Source: Octopus sinensis (taxonomy: Eukaryota). From it: a stretch of DNA of 64,000 nucleotides. The stretch is taken from contig NC_043000.1 of the NCBI RefSeq assembly GCF_006345805.1, positions 24,924,001 to 24,988,000 of the forward strand, in the 5' to 3' direction. The stretch's first letter is position 1; each line of letters starts with the position of its first letter. Positions 24,450 to 37,984 of the stretch are shown one piece after another. The position numbers and the translations under genes are program-made. The notes below the pieces were generated by a model that saw only the letters and a program-made list of their open reading frames with translations, ran no database searches and was not told the DNA's origin.

Positions 24450-25160
24450 ACAAAGCATGGCTGTATGGTTAAGAAGTTTGCTCCCTAAACATGTGATCTT
24501 TGTTTCAGTCTCACTGTGTGGCACCTTGGGCAAGTGTCTTCTTCCATAGGCCCAGGTTGACCAAAGCTTTGTGGATGGATTTGATATGCATGCACGCACA
24601 CATGCATATATACATTGTGCTCCTTTCAGTTCCCATCTGCCAAATCCACTCACAAGGCTTTTGGTCAGCCTGGACAATAGTAAAAGATATTTACCCAAGG
24701 TGTCAAACAATAGGCGCAAGAGTGGCTGTGTGGCAAGTAGCTTGCTTACCAACCACATGGTTCCGGGTTCAGTCCTACTGCGTGGCACCTTGGACAAGTG
24801 TCTTCTACTATAGCCCCGGGTCGACCAAAGCCTTGGGAGTGGATTTGGTAAACAGAAACTGAAAGAAGCCCGTCGTGTGTATATATATACATATATATAT
24901 ATATATGCATGTTTATGTTTGTGTGTCAGTGTGTCCCTCCAACATCGCTTGACAACTGATGCTAGTATGTTTACGTCCCCGTAACTTAGCGGTTAAAGTA
25001 CTGGGCTTACAAAGACTAAGTCCTGGGGTCGATTTTGCTCGACTAAAAGGCGGTGCTCCAGCATGGCTGCAGTCAAATGACTGAAACAAGTAAAAGAATA
25101 AAAGTAGGACTGAAGCCAAAACCATATGGCTGGGAAGCCAGCTTCTTAACCACACAGCCA
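24450..25160. mobile_element. Cluster of four family A SINE pieces (+ 24450-24590, - 24615-24705, + 24710-25105, - 25110-25160)
   Basis: Family A homology in alternating orientations. Confidence 0.85.
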
Positions 25161-25620
25161 AACATTTACCTATAATTAGGGAAAATGACTTTTAGTGTCA
25201 GGCTAAGGGTGTGATACGTTACAAAGTTGGCAAGCAGAGGAGAAATAGATACATCAGGTAAACATGGAAAAATGTGATACACATTTTGAACCAACTGTGT
25301 TACAGTAGCACCATTACCAGCAGAAGACATACCTGTAACATACCTGTAGCACAGCTAGTGGTTATAGTGTGCTGGGGAGTCATTCTTTGTCAGTGAGCTG
25401 GATGGCCTTCTTTTAAAATGTAAGATAAGAGGTTTGTTGGTGCAGGTACAGTTTAGTGGTAGAGCAGTACAGTGGTGGAACAGCAGTACAGTGGTGGAAC
25501 AGCAGTGTTGAGTAGCAGGTGTGTCAAAGAATAATATAATCTGGGAAACAGGTGTGATGTCGAATAATAACAGCAAGCTGCTGCTGTTGTTGAGCATCTG
25601 ATAAGGAAGATATCTTGAAA

Positions 25621-25850
25621 GGTAAGACGGCGAGCTGGCAGAATCGCTAGCACGCCAGGCGAAATGCATAGCTGTATTTCATCTGCCATTACGTTCTGAG
25701 TTCAAATTCCGCCCAGGTCGACTTTGCCTTTCATCCTTTCGGGGTCGATAAATTAAGTACCAGTTACGCACTGGGGTCGATGTAATCGACTTAATCCTTT
25801 TGTCCTTGTTTGTCCCCTCTATGTTTAGCCCCTTGTGGGTAATAAAGAAA
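25621..25850 (+). mobile_element. SINE family B, full length, young
   Basis: GGCGAGCTGGCAGAATCGCTAGC head to AATAAAGAAA tail. Confidence 0.9.
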
Positions 25851-27049
25851 CAGATATCTTGAAAGGTGTTCAGCCATGACTGTCCTGTTTTTCTTCATTT
25901 GTTTTTTTTTTTTTTGGTGTGTGTCCTGAACTTCATATGCTAATGTGTCCTTCCAATTTTTTAACATGTCTCAGAGTGATTTAAGCGATGTTTGGTTACC
26001 ATTTCAAATAGGTCATAACAGAAGCATATACAACGTGATAGGATACAATATAATAACTGGTAGATACAGTTCTGTATCATATACCACAGAACAGTTAAAA
26101 GTAGAACATGGCCAAACTAAGGAGTTGGTCAACTGCAAAGATCTTGCGTTATTCATGGTCTCAATCCATGTAAGTGAGGAGAATGGATATTAAGGTGATG
26201 AATGAATGTTAGTTAAAAAAAAACTCAGTAGACTAATATTATATTGAGAAGGAGCTTTGACTCTCATAAACTTGAGTCAACAAAGGAGTCTCTTCACTGT
26301 TGCTCAACTTGCTTGAAATAGCACACACACTCTCTCTCTCTCTCTCTCTCTCATGTATACACATGACAGGCTTCTGCACAGTTTCTGTCTACCAAATTCA
26401 CCGACAAAGCATCAGTCACTCCAAGGCTACAAAAGTGATGAACTGGTAGAGTCATTAGATCTTCAAACAGAACACCTTGTGATATCTGTTCTGACTCTGC
26501 ACCCTGAGTTCAAATCCCACTGAGATCAAACTTGCCTATCATTGTTTTGGGGGTCAATAAAAAACAGAAGTACCAATTCAGGGTTTTGGATCTGTACAAC
26601 TGTAAGAAAGTTAGATTGGATACTGTGCAATGTTTGTTCCAGCTCTTTGTATCTGTATACTAATCTGAAAAATGACAGGGTGGTCAAAGTTGGAAGATCT
26701 TAAATCATGTCTACTCAGTGATTGCTAACTGAGAGCTAAGCAACAACAACAACTATTAGAACAGGACTAATGAACTCATAACGAGCCCTAGTTTTGTAAG
26801 CCTCTGCTGGTCAGGATTACACAGTCACTTTCAATCTAATTTGCTGTGTAACAACAACAGTAAAGTAAGATCGTGTAATTTAAGATAATGGTTCTGTTGG
26901 ATGTTACTGTATATTATTACCATTTATGAGAGGCAGCAGATATGTGAGTAGAAAGAGCAGCTGGCTATTAAAAATATCGGTCTTGGTTGTAGTTGATGGT
27001 TTTGGTGAATGCTCCTAGATCTATCTTGATAAAGCAAACATATTCTTTC

Positions 27050-27422
27050 GTTCTGTTACTGGTTTCAGTTATTAGATCGTGGCCATGTTGGGGCAGAGCT
27101 TAGAAGGATTTATTCAATCAAATCAACACTGGAACTTATTTTAAGTCTGGTACCCATTCCGTTGGTCTCTTTTTGCCAAACTTCTAAGTTACAGGGGACA
27201 TAAACCAACCAACTGTGGTTTGTTAAGCAGTGAGAAACAAACAAAAATGTACATGTACACACACACACACACACATAACTGGATTCTGCAGTTTCCCTCT
27301 ACCAAACTCATTCATGAGACTACAAAAGGAACTACTTTCCCAAGTTGCCATACAGTGAGATTGAACCCATAGCCATGTGGTTGCAAAAGTGAACATCTTA
27401 TACACACTGCCATACCTGCAAC
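27050..27422 (-). mobile_element. SINE family A, diverged
   Basis: Family A homology. Confidence 0.75.
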
Positions 27423-27857
27423 TTATGATCAAAAGAATTCAAGACATAACCATTCAATACATCTAGGACTACATTATCTAAGGTGACCTCCCATTTGTAA
27501 GGCAATACTTCATGATTTAAAGGAGATTTGGCAGCTATTTCTAGCAAGTTGAGTCACCACACAGAGGCTCCCGCATTGGCTTGTTAACTGGAATGTGCAG
27601 GAGAGGTGGCTATGGTTGGTATGAGATGTGGTGTGAGTGAATAACATCCGTTGTATGAAACCTTGCTTTGTAGCATGAACGGAAGGTAGCTGCAACCGAG
27701 AAACTTTAAATACAAGACATGAGAGGAAATGATGAGATCAGACCTCGTGTAAGATGACACAGAAGAGAGAGAGAGAAGTGGTGATGCACCATACTGCAGG
27801 CTTGGCCAAATCAGGCAACATGGACAAGACTGGCATTCAAATACTGATGATGATGAA

Positions 27858-28292
27858 GTGGTGGATGTGTGGTAAGAAGTTTGCTTCCCAACCATAGGGT
27901 TCTGGGTTCAGTATCTCTGCATGGCACCTTGGACAAGCCTTCTGCTATACCCTCAGGCCAACCAAAACCCTTGCAAATGGATTTGGTAGATGCACACTGA
28001 AAGAAGTCCATTGTATGTGTGTGTGTCTTTGTGAGTGTGTCTTTGTGTATGTGTCTTTGTGTGTGTGTGTGTCTGTCACTGTGTGTGTGTTTGTCCCCTA
28101 CCCACTACTTGACAACTGGTGTTGTTTTGTTTATGTCCCTGTAACATAGTGGTTCAGCAAAAGACACCAATAGAATAATAACCATATTTAAAAAGAAAAA
28201 GCACCAAGGTCAATTGATTCAATTAAAATTCTTCAATGTGGTGCCCCAGCATGGCCACGGTCTAATGACAAAAACAGGCAAAGGAGAAAAGA
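27858..28292 (+). mobile_element. SINE family A, full length
   Basis: Family A homology with (GT)n tract. Confidence 0.85.
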
Positions 28293-28584
28293 TGTAAACA
28301 TAAATAGTTCAAAGACCTCTTGAGGAACAAACATCAACTTATATTTAGACAACACCATCAAATAATCTGATGTATATCCCAGATGGCCAGGTTAACTGAG
28401 GTGTGTAAAATTACACACTTCTCAAATACACAGCCAAATGGCTACAACATATTTTCACTGAGGCTCTCTGAGAAGGTAATACAAAATCATTATGTATAAA
28501 ATTATGTTAATACAAAACAAAATTATGTAAATACAAGACATTATGTATCCAGATATCACATATCCGTATCTTGAAAAAATAATA

Positions 28585-28645
28585 TATTATAATAATAATA
28601 ATCATAATAATAATAATATAATAATAATAATATATAATAATAATA

Positions 28646-28681
<36 letters not shown>

Positions 28682-28686
28682 TAATA

Positions 28687-28719
<33 letters not shown>

Positions 28720-28777
28720 AATAATAATGATAATAATAATAATGATAATAATAATGATAATAATAATAATAATAATA

Positions 28778-28809
<32 letters not shown>

Positions 28810-28815
28810 CAACAA
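28585..28815 (+). repeat. (AAT)n microsatellite with interruptions
   Basis: Direct inspection; also (GAT)n 31428-31570 and (AAT)n 35598-35740. Confidence 0.95.
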
Positions 28816-29021
28816 CAGAGTAATGTTGCTATTTCAATCCAGGTTAGTGCTGCTCCATTAATTCTATGATTAAAACTGATGAAGCTATGACCATATTCCA
28901 TTTTTTGGATTTATATATTTAGCCCCTTTGATATCAACTCACCTGAGACCACACCTTGGTTTAAGGGGATCTAAATAAAAAAATTTCCATTTGAATTTCA
29001 TGTTAATCTATATAACATGTG

Positions 29022-29052
<31 letters not shown>

Positions 29053-29115
29053 TAACAGATACCAGCTTAAAAAATGGCAGTTATCTTACTAAATTCTTCT
29101 TCATTTTCAAAGTAA

Positions 29116-29290
29116 CGGTTTCAAAATTTTGTCACAAGGCCAGCAATTTCGGAAGAGGGGCTAAGTTAGTTAAGTCAAACCCAGTGCTCAAGTAGTGCTT
29201 ATTTTATCGCCCCTGAAGGATGAAAAGCAAATTTGACCCCAGTGGTATTTGAACTCGGAACATGCAGACAGATGAAATGCTGCAAAGTAG
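29116..29290 (-). mobile_element. SINE family B
   Basis: Family B homology. Confidence 0.8.
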
Positions 29291-29569
29291 TTTTTCTGGT
29301 GTGCTAATGATACTGCCAGCTCAACACCTATAATCTTAAAACAAAGATAGTGTTGTTGTTATCATCATTGGCTCAAAGGCAAATCTAAATATGACCATCC
29401 TGTTTTTTTTTTTCACCCCCAAATACTGTACGCCTAGAGACACACAGGGTTTGTGCAGGCATGGCTGTGTGGTGAAGAAGCTTGATTCTTAAGCATGTGG
29501 TCTTGGATTCAGTCGTAGTGTGTGGCACCTTGGTTAACAGCCATCTGCTAGAGACCCATTTAAATTTAA

Positions 29570-29619
29570 TTTGTCAAATATTTTCGTCGCTTTGAGACTG
29601 CGACTTCATCACTGACAAA
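29570..29619 (-). ncRNA. Variant minimal hammerhead-like motif
   Basis: UUUGUCA-GUGAUGA-A-GUCGC(AGUCUCAAA)GCGAC-GAAAA-UAUU-UGACAAA; perfect 7-bp stem I and 5-bp stem II, but C3 is G and there is one extra A in the GAAA run. Confidence 0.6.
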
Positions 29620-30198
29620 ATTCCGTGCTGCACCTGAGAAAGTAACAGTCAGTTCATGATTGACTAATGGAAGCATGTATGTATGTACGTATGTATGTAT
29701 TATGTATGTATTATGTATGTACGCATGTATGTATGTATGTATGTGAGTACTCAGGTATGTAAGTGTGTAGACGTGTTTGTGTGTGTGTATATGTACATGT
29801 GAACGTATGTTTATGTACTGATATGTCTGTTCAAATTGTACATAGAACTGTTACTCTGTCAAAGGTTGTATGTGTATATATGTATATGTATATATATATA
29901 TTTAAAAAAGGAGATGTGGAACACGAGTTGTGATATATAAAAAAAGGAAATGAAGAAAATGCTGACAAAATAATTTAAGTAAGGGAGAGTGTATTTAATT
30001 AGGTGAAAGTTCTTTTTACCGGTTGTGCATTTGTTATGCTTATCAAAAGATATTTTTTTAAGAGAGATAGAGTTCCTTTCTGATAGATTTTTTTCTCTTA
30101 TCTATATATATATATACATACAAATACGTGTGTGTGTGTGCATGTGTCCCTCCCATTGTTTTTTTTTTTGTTTTCCTTCTAGAATGACATTGTATGGT

Positions 30199-30572
30199 GG
30201 CGTGAAAGGCTGGATCTATCTGGCTTGAACATAAAACATAGAATATTTGGGTTGGTTATGGCCAGTTTAAATGCCAAAGAGTTAAGCAGTAGTGATGATG
30301 CTGACGACGGTGACTGTACACACTGAATCACAACGATCAACATTATTTCTTTATCCTTAAACATTTGAACATTTAAACTGACCACATCTGGCCTAAATAT
30401 TATATCTGCTTTATGTTCAATCTCTCGTACCTACCCTACAATGTCATTCAAAAAAATATAACAACCACACCATTGAAATCTCAAAGCTACAAGATAATAC
30501 ATGATTCATTCAAAACAATGTGAATAAAGAAGCATTAGATTTGACAGAATAGTCTAAATGCTAAGGGTCTAA
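30199..30572. mobile_element. piggyBac-like MITE relics (same family as 51975)
   Basis: Right end TTTAAATGCCAAAGAGTTAA at about 30285, then a degenerate full copy ending GTCTAAATGCTAAGGGTCTAA; interior similar to 52.0 kb copy. Confidence 0.55.
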
Positions 30573-30585
30573 AACATAAAGAGTG

Positions 30586-31003
30586 ATAGGCACAGGAGTG
30601 GTTGTGCGATAAGTAGCTTGCTTACCAATCACATGGTTTTGGGTTTAGTCCCACTGCGTGGCACCTTCGGCAAGTGTCTTCTACTATAGCCTCGGGTCAA
30701 CCAAAGCCTTGTGAGTGGATTTGGTAGAGGGAAACTGAAAGAAGCCTGTTGTGTATATATATGTGTGTGTGTGTTTGTGTGTGTGTGTATGTTTGTGTGT
30801 CTGTGTTTGTCCCCGCAACATCGCTTGACAACTGATGGTGGTGTGTTTACATCCCTGTAACTTAGCGGTTCAGCAAAGAGACCAATAGAATAAGAACTAG
30901 GCTTACAAAGAATAAGTCCTGGGGTTGATTTGCTCGACTAAAGGCGGTGCTCCAGCATGGCCACAATCAAATGACTGAAACAAGTACAAGAGTAAAGAGA
31001 GAG
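30586..31003 (+). mobile_element. SINE family A, full length, young
   Basis: TAGGCACAGGAGTGG head, GGGTTTAGTCC box, GGCACCTTCGGCAAGTGTC CORE-like segment, microsatellite, GCTCCAGCATGGCC..GAAACAAG..(AAGAGT) tail. Confidence 0.9.
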
Positions 31004-31953
31004 TATCCAAGGGAATTAACTTGCTTTTTTATCACTATTGGGTCAAGCAACCACATAGGAACATTCTCTTTTCATTAGTTAGAACAGTGAAGTGTGAAGC
31101 AAGTATGTGATGCAGTGTGGAACGTAGTGGTGATGTGTAGTGTGTGATACCATGTGGTATGTATTACACTATAAATGTGTATTATAATTTATGATATACC
31201 ATTCCTTTGTACACTGCGGCAGAGCATAGTCTAATGTGATACATCATTTGCATCAATTTAAAAAACAAATATACACACAAACACAAATACACAAAAAAAT
31301 ATAATAAAATAGAATAAAATAAAATAACAGAATACAAACAATTATCATGGAAACACTAATCAATAAGTAATATTCAGAAACTTCAATTTTGGGGTAGAGA
31401 AATATACTAAACAAACAAACAACTACTGATAATAATAATGATGATGATGATGATGATAGTGATGATGATGGTGATGATGATGATAATGACAGAGATGATA
31501 ATGGTGATGATTATGATAGAGATGATTTTAATAATGATGATGATGATGATGATAACAACAATAACAAACCAGACAATTGAATAACATAATATAAATAACA
31601 AAATAAAAAAAAAGCAAAAATTAATTTATCGATTTTAATCAACTTCAGTGCATGCAATCACAACGCATTCTAATAATTAACACATCATCAGAGAGAAAAA
31701 TCAATGAAATTTCGAAGACATGGTCACCAATATAAATGAAGAATGGCATCCAATGTTTTAGTAAGTTAATGGAAGAGGTAAATATAGATATAGGGGGGAT
31801 GTGAGTGGGGGGAGGGCAGCTGATTCTGCTTCTGTCAACAATGCTTGTTAGTCGTTATACAGGTCAGTGAGGCAACGAGGTAACGAGTATTGTAATTAGT
31901 AAACAAATGGAACTATTATTTAACATGTCAAGCACATCATAATAATTTATTCA

Positions 31954-32580
31954 CCATCATCATTGTTCAATGTCTGTTTTCCATGCTGACATGGGTTGGA
32001 CGGTTCAACTGAGAACTGGCAAGCCAGGAGGCCACACCAGGCCCCAATCTGATCTGGCAAAGTTTCTACAGGTGGATGCCCTTCCTAACACCAATCACTC
32101 TGAGAGTGTAGTGGGTGCTTTTTACATGCCAGCAGCACGGAAGCCAGTCAGGCAGCACTGGCATTGGCCACATTTGAATGATGGTTTTTACATGCTACCA
32201 GCACAGGAGTCAGTTGGGGTGTGGGGGTGTGGCTGGCACTGACCACATTCAGATGGTGCATTTTATGTTCCACCAGCACAGCAAGCCAGTCAGGCAATGA
32301 CCCATGCATGAATGGTGCTTATTGCGTGCCACCAGCATGGGAGCCAGTCAGTTGGAACTAGCATCGGCCACAACTACAGTTTCCATTTTTGATTTTGATT
32401 TGATTTTGATTTTATTTGACTCGATAGGTCTCCTCAAGCATGGCATGTCGCCCAACGATTCAAAGGTACTTTTTAAATGGGCTGGATATGCGACACTGGT
32501 ATAGGCTATGGCTGCGATCTCACTTTACTTGCCAGGTTTTTTCAATCACAGAATATCTCCAGAGGTCTCAGTCTTTTGTC
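31954..32580 (-). mobile_element. Family C, long copy with hairpin array and upstream (AAATC)n module
   Basis: Shares upstream module with 44870-44990. Confidence 0.85.
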
Positions 32581-32789
32581 ATTACTTTGTCGACCACAAA
32601 ATAATATTAGAAACAGTTTGTGACAGATTGGCAGAGAATGGAATGCTTGCTTACAGAATCTGGTCTGTAGATGTTTTTCTTTGAATAAAGACAAGATATG
32701 AAATTCTTGCATTGGGAAAGAGTACTTTGGTTGATAGGTAAAGGGTACAGTACCATCTTGAGTTGCTTGCCTGGCTTTCATAGTGTATT

Positions 32790-32978
32790 AGTGGCTGAGA
32801 TCACAACATTCCCCTTGAACAGGACCCTAGACAGTTACAGGATTACTCCTTTACAGCTGAGTGGACTGGGGCAATGTGAAATGAAGTGCTTTGCTCAAGG
32901 ATACAATGCGCCACTTGGTCAATGATTTGAAACCACGACTTTGTGATTAAGAGTACAACACCCTAACCACTAGGCCTC
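32790..32978 (-). mobile_element. tRNA SINE with V-like domain (family E)
   Basis: GGCCTAGTGGTTAGGG head, TATCCTTGAGCAAAGCACTT, CCAGTCCACTCAGCTG. Confidence 0.65.
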
Positions 32979-34292
32979 CATTAGACCGTGCACCTTCACT
33001 TCAACTGAGAGGATAAAAAAAAAGAAAAACATTCATGCTTTTGTTATAAGTATTAGTGACAAAGATCTGAGCTTTTGAGTTTTGTAGTAGAGCATTCACA
33101 TGTAGTCAGGTGTTATGATGTTCATGCCTTTCAGGGAACATTAGAAACAGGGTATTTCTTATATAGCAGGAGTGAGTGAGTGCAGAGCAGAGAATGAGAA
33201 ACAGATATAAGTGAGAGTGACTCTAGAGGAGAGAGTGTGTGTGTGTGTGTGTAAGAAAGACAGACAGACAGAGTGCATGTTACAGGACTGATTTAGTTTT
33301 TGAGAACTAGAATTCATGAATGAAACAGACCTGCCAGTTGTTTTAGTTAGTTTGTAGATCAGACACAGATATATTTATAGCAAAGGAGTTTTAAGATCCT
33401 TCATCTCCTGATGAACCATTTAGCTTAACTACCAAAGAATTAGTGAGAGAACAATTGATAACAACTCACTGCAAAAATCAGCATGGAATGGAAGAAAGTT
33501 CCTTCAGTTTAAAAGCTGATTGATATGGCTGTATCTAAGATCAAGGTAAAATAATTACCAAGTAATGGCATGGGTGAATGGAAAATATATATAAAGATAT
33601 ATATATATATATCTTGAAAGTAAAATGGCAACTCTATAGAGAACACTATTATTCTGAGATTCTTTGTTCTTGTAGACAAATAATATAGAATCTGGAAAAA
33701 TTATACAGCTGGATTCAAAATCAAATGCAGATATTTATTCATGCTTTCTTTGTTTTCAATCTCTTTTAGAAGATTTATTTCATGTTTAAATGGTAACAAA
33801 TTCTTCCTCGTGCTTTTACACTATGATTGCTTGAGTAAACTTCTTTTAATCAGCATAGCGAACAGTTCTACTGTGACAACATGTTGCCAGGAAGAAAGTA
33901 AATGTATTGATAGATCGGTTCTTTGGTCACTGGTGCAAATCAGACACCAATTACAAGAACATCCACAGGAGGATATACCGAAATGTTTATGTATAAACAT
34001 ACGCATCGTTTCCGGTGGGTGAAACGTAGTTTATTCAAGAAGAGTCTGCTGCTGTGTGAGTACTTAATTCTGAAAACATTGTAATAAATGGAAGCAATAT
34101 AATAAATGTACACTTGAAAGAGAAGGGCAGGGGGGGGGAGAGGAAAATACAGAGTTTTGTGTTTGTGTGTGTGTCTGTGTGTATCTAGTTATTTTACTAG
34201 AAATCTCCTTGACATGTTATATTTATTGTTCACTCTCATACCTATGAATTCTTCACAAAAAAATTTCTCACAGCCAAAAAGGAAAATCCTAC

Positions 34293-34323
<31 letters not shown>

Positions 34324-34367
34324 GAGATCTTGACTGATGATATTCTATATCTGACACAAAGATATAC

Positions 34368-34398
<31 letters not shown>

Positions 34399-34924
34399 TA
34401 TATATATATAGATATATAGATATATATATATATATCTATATATGTGTGTGTGTATATATATATGTGTGTGTGTACATATATATATATGTGTGTATATAAT
34501 GTGATGTAGGTTAGGTTAATTTGTATCTGACATAAAACTGGTAATTTTAGTAGGCAAGTAATCTACCATGAAGCTTCAAACTCTGCCGGTAAGTCATACA
34601 TCAAAAAGTGGCTGCCAAAACAACGTAGCAGAGAGATTTTTCGAACACAAAACAATTGCCAGGGTCAGATTTTGCAAACAAAATCATGCTAAGAATTGTT
34701 GCTGTAATTTCAGGTGCAACTGACACTCACCCGGCCAATTAGATGCATTGCCTAAACAAGATTGTCTCCAGTAACCGATTCCACAAGATCTTATTATGCT
34801 TAAATAGCAGTCGGTTGGTGGCTGGTGTCCTAAAACACAGTGGTTACATATGAGAATGAGTAAGGAACATGTTCAATACTTCAAATTATATTGATAACAT
34901 AGGGAAAAAAAACAAAACAAAACA

Positions 34925-35170
34925 AAGTCAATACCTATTTCTTTATTACCCACAAGGGGCTAAACACAGAGGGGACAAACAAGGACAGACACACGGATTA
35001 AGTCTATTACATCGACCCCCAGTGCGTAACTGGTACTTATTTAATCAACCCCGAAAGGATGAAAGGCAAAGTCAACCTTGGCGGAATTTGAACTCAGAAT
35101 GTAGCAGCAGATGAAATACTGCTAGGCATTTCGCCCGGTGTGCTAACGATTCTGCTAGCTCGCCACCTAT
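34925..35170 (-). mobile_element. SINE family B, full length
   Basis: Family B homology. Confidence 0.9.
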
Positions 35171-35597
35171 TAAACAAAGTCAATATCACACATTCATTAC
35201 CATAGCTTTCACAGGCCCTATGAGACACAATCAAATTAAATTTTTGGTTTTAAAATTGTACAATTAAGCAATCAAGGGTAATTGATAACCTAAAAGTACA
35301 AATAATTATACAAGATGATAATTTGTGGTGATGAGTGAGTGATCAAAGGAGTTGGGTTAATTGTATTGAGAAACTGAGATTGTATTTATCTGGCAATATA
35401 TCATCACCACAAGGTACCTGTAAAAGAAACTTTACAACTTCACGCAGAAACATAATTCATTCTTGAAGAAAGATAACAGGGTTTATAGAAAGGTTTTAAA
35501 GGTTATCAGCTCATTTCCTTCTAAAAGTAAGGTTTTACAACAAAAGAAATCAAACACTGATAAAATATAACATAAATGTTAACTGGTTCAGTACCTG

Positions 35598-35691
<94 letters not shown>

Positions 35692-36852
35692 TAATAATAA
35701 ACAAGGAATATTAATAATAATAATAATAATAATAATAAACAAGGAATACTAAACAATGAGATTTTGGAACTTCTCTTTTCTCTGTGATTGGGTCAACCAT
35801 TCCAGAAACCATGGAAAATTATATTTATATTGTAACAATATAAAAGATATTCTGAAGAAGATTATCAACATAAAGGTATGACTAAATCCTTTGCCTGTTC
35901 AAAGAATTTTCTGAAGTTTGTTCCAAACGTCCATGTTTGCTTTTGGTCTTTGTTTTATACGTTCTGAGAAATATAAGGCTTTCTTTTCAGAAATTCCATG
36001 TTACTCTGGTGGTTGAAGAACGAAGTGGGAATGTGTAGGGATAAACATCAACAATGCAAAGGTGAAAATATTTTACAATTGAAAAAGCTATTTACGTGAG
36101 GTGGGTTGGCGTCAGGTAGTGTTATGGATTTTGTGGGGTCTTGTGAGATCGTCGAAATTGATGCCATTAAAGTTCCATTTCAGTTTTTGCAAGTCAACAC
36201 ATGTGAGAAAGATATGAGAAGGGAGAAGGTACCAGAGAGCAAATATTTCAAGACAGAAGAACAGGACCAGTAAGGGTGATAACAGGAAGAAAAAGGAATA
36301 GCTTTGGAAGAGGTACATGATCAGGCAGCTCTGAGGAACAGGGGTCATTATATAATTATATGGAATGGTATACTCTGAAGAGGACTTTATAAACATCATC
36401 TCAAGCAAAGAGTTCTAAGCAACCAATGTTACCAAGTACTACTTTATTGATCCTTTGAAATAATGAAAAATAAAGTTGACACACATCATAAATGAAAGCT
36501 AAATGGTAGACAATGATAAACTAAAAAAGCATGAAATATTGTTGTCTTTTTTTCAAACCAGCTTGTTCTGGAGAAATTCTTTTTCAGCAAACTCACATAT
36601 TAACTCTCTCTCTCACACACACATGTGCACAACATCTTGCTATATATATAGTGCATGTGTGTGTGTGTGCAGATATATATACATATATATATGTATGCGT
36701 GTGTGTGTATATATATATACATATATATATATGTATGCGTGTGTGTGTATATATATATACATATATATATATGTATGCGTGTGTGTGTGTATATATATAT
36801 ATACATATATATATATGTATGCGTGTGTGTGTATATATATATACATATATAT

Positions 36853-37234
36853 TAGGTATGTAGAAAAATACAACATGGACAAGAACGTATAACTCTTAGA
36901 AGACGATACATAAACATGGACAGGACATTCGAACCCCTCAGTCTTCAGTCAAGAACCGGATCATCGTAGTAATTTCGGCTGATTAATCTTGAGATTACTA
37001 GATCACGGCCAGCCCTCCAAGAAAAACTAAGCAACGAGCATTAGAAAAACTAAGCTGGAAGCGTAGATTTCCTGGAAGAAGGATCGAATGCATACGAACA
37101 CCAGGACAGCAAAAGGGACAGATATAAAAAAAAAAAAAAAAAACAAAAAACAATAATGGAATACAGAAACATGAAATACAGAAGCATTAACGGTGAAAAC
37201 AACAAGTGTCTTACGACTGATAACAAGCAAACAA
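36853..37234. mobile_element. Unclassified interspersed element inserted in a TA-rich satellite
   Basis: Complex CpG-containing block with the same satellite unit on both sides. Confidence 0.45.
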
Positions 37235-37684
37235 TGCGTGTGTGTGTATATTATATACATATATATATATGTATGCGTGTGTGTTGTATATATATATACA
37301 TATATAATATGTATGCGTGTGTGTATATATATAACATATATATATATGTATGCGTGTGTGTGTATATTATATATACATTATATATATGTATGCGTGTGTG
37401 GTGTATATATATATACATATATATATATGTATGCGTGTGTGTGTATATATATATACATATATATATATGTATGTGTGTGTGTTATATATATACATATATA
37501 TATATGTATGCGTGTGTGTTGTATATATATATACATAATGTGTATGTATGTATGTATATATATATATATACATAATGTGTATGTATGTATGTATATATAT
37601 ACATATATATATATATATATGCGTGTGTGTGTATATATATATACATATATATATATGTATGGTGTGTGTGTATATATTATATAC

Positions 37685-37721
<37 letters not shown>

Positions 37722-37946
37722 TATATACATAATGTGTATGTATGTATGTATATATATACATATACATAATGTGTATGTATGTATGTTATATATACATATA
37801 TATATATATATAATGTTTGTGTGTATATTATATATACATAATGTGTATGTATGTATGTATATATATATATATATATAATGTTTGGTGTATATATATATAT
37901 ATATATATAATGTTTGTATATATAATATATATATATATAAAATGTT

Positions 37947-37984
<38 letters not shown>

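Noticed and set aside
25945-26193. 82-aa ORF with GTAAGT donor near 26170
   Set aside because: No recognisable homology and weak acceptors; not enough to call coding
35991-36061. ShK-like CRDKHQQCK peptide
   Set aside because: Only two cysteines, frame incompatible with the neighbouring candidate exon, and no continuation found
36920-36955. CUGAAGA...CGAAUGUC hammerhead-like string on minus strand
   Set aside because: GAAA incomplete, no convincing stem II, and stem I not adjacent to the core
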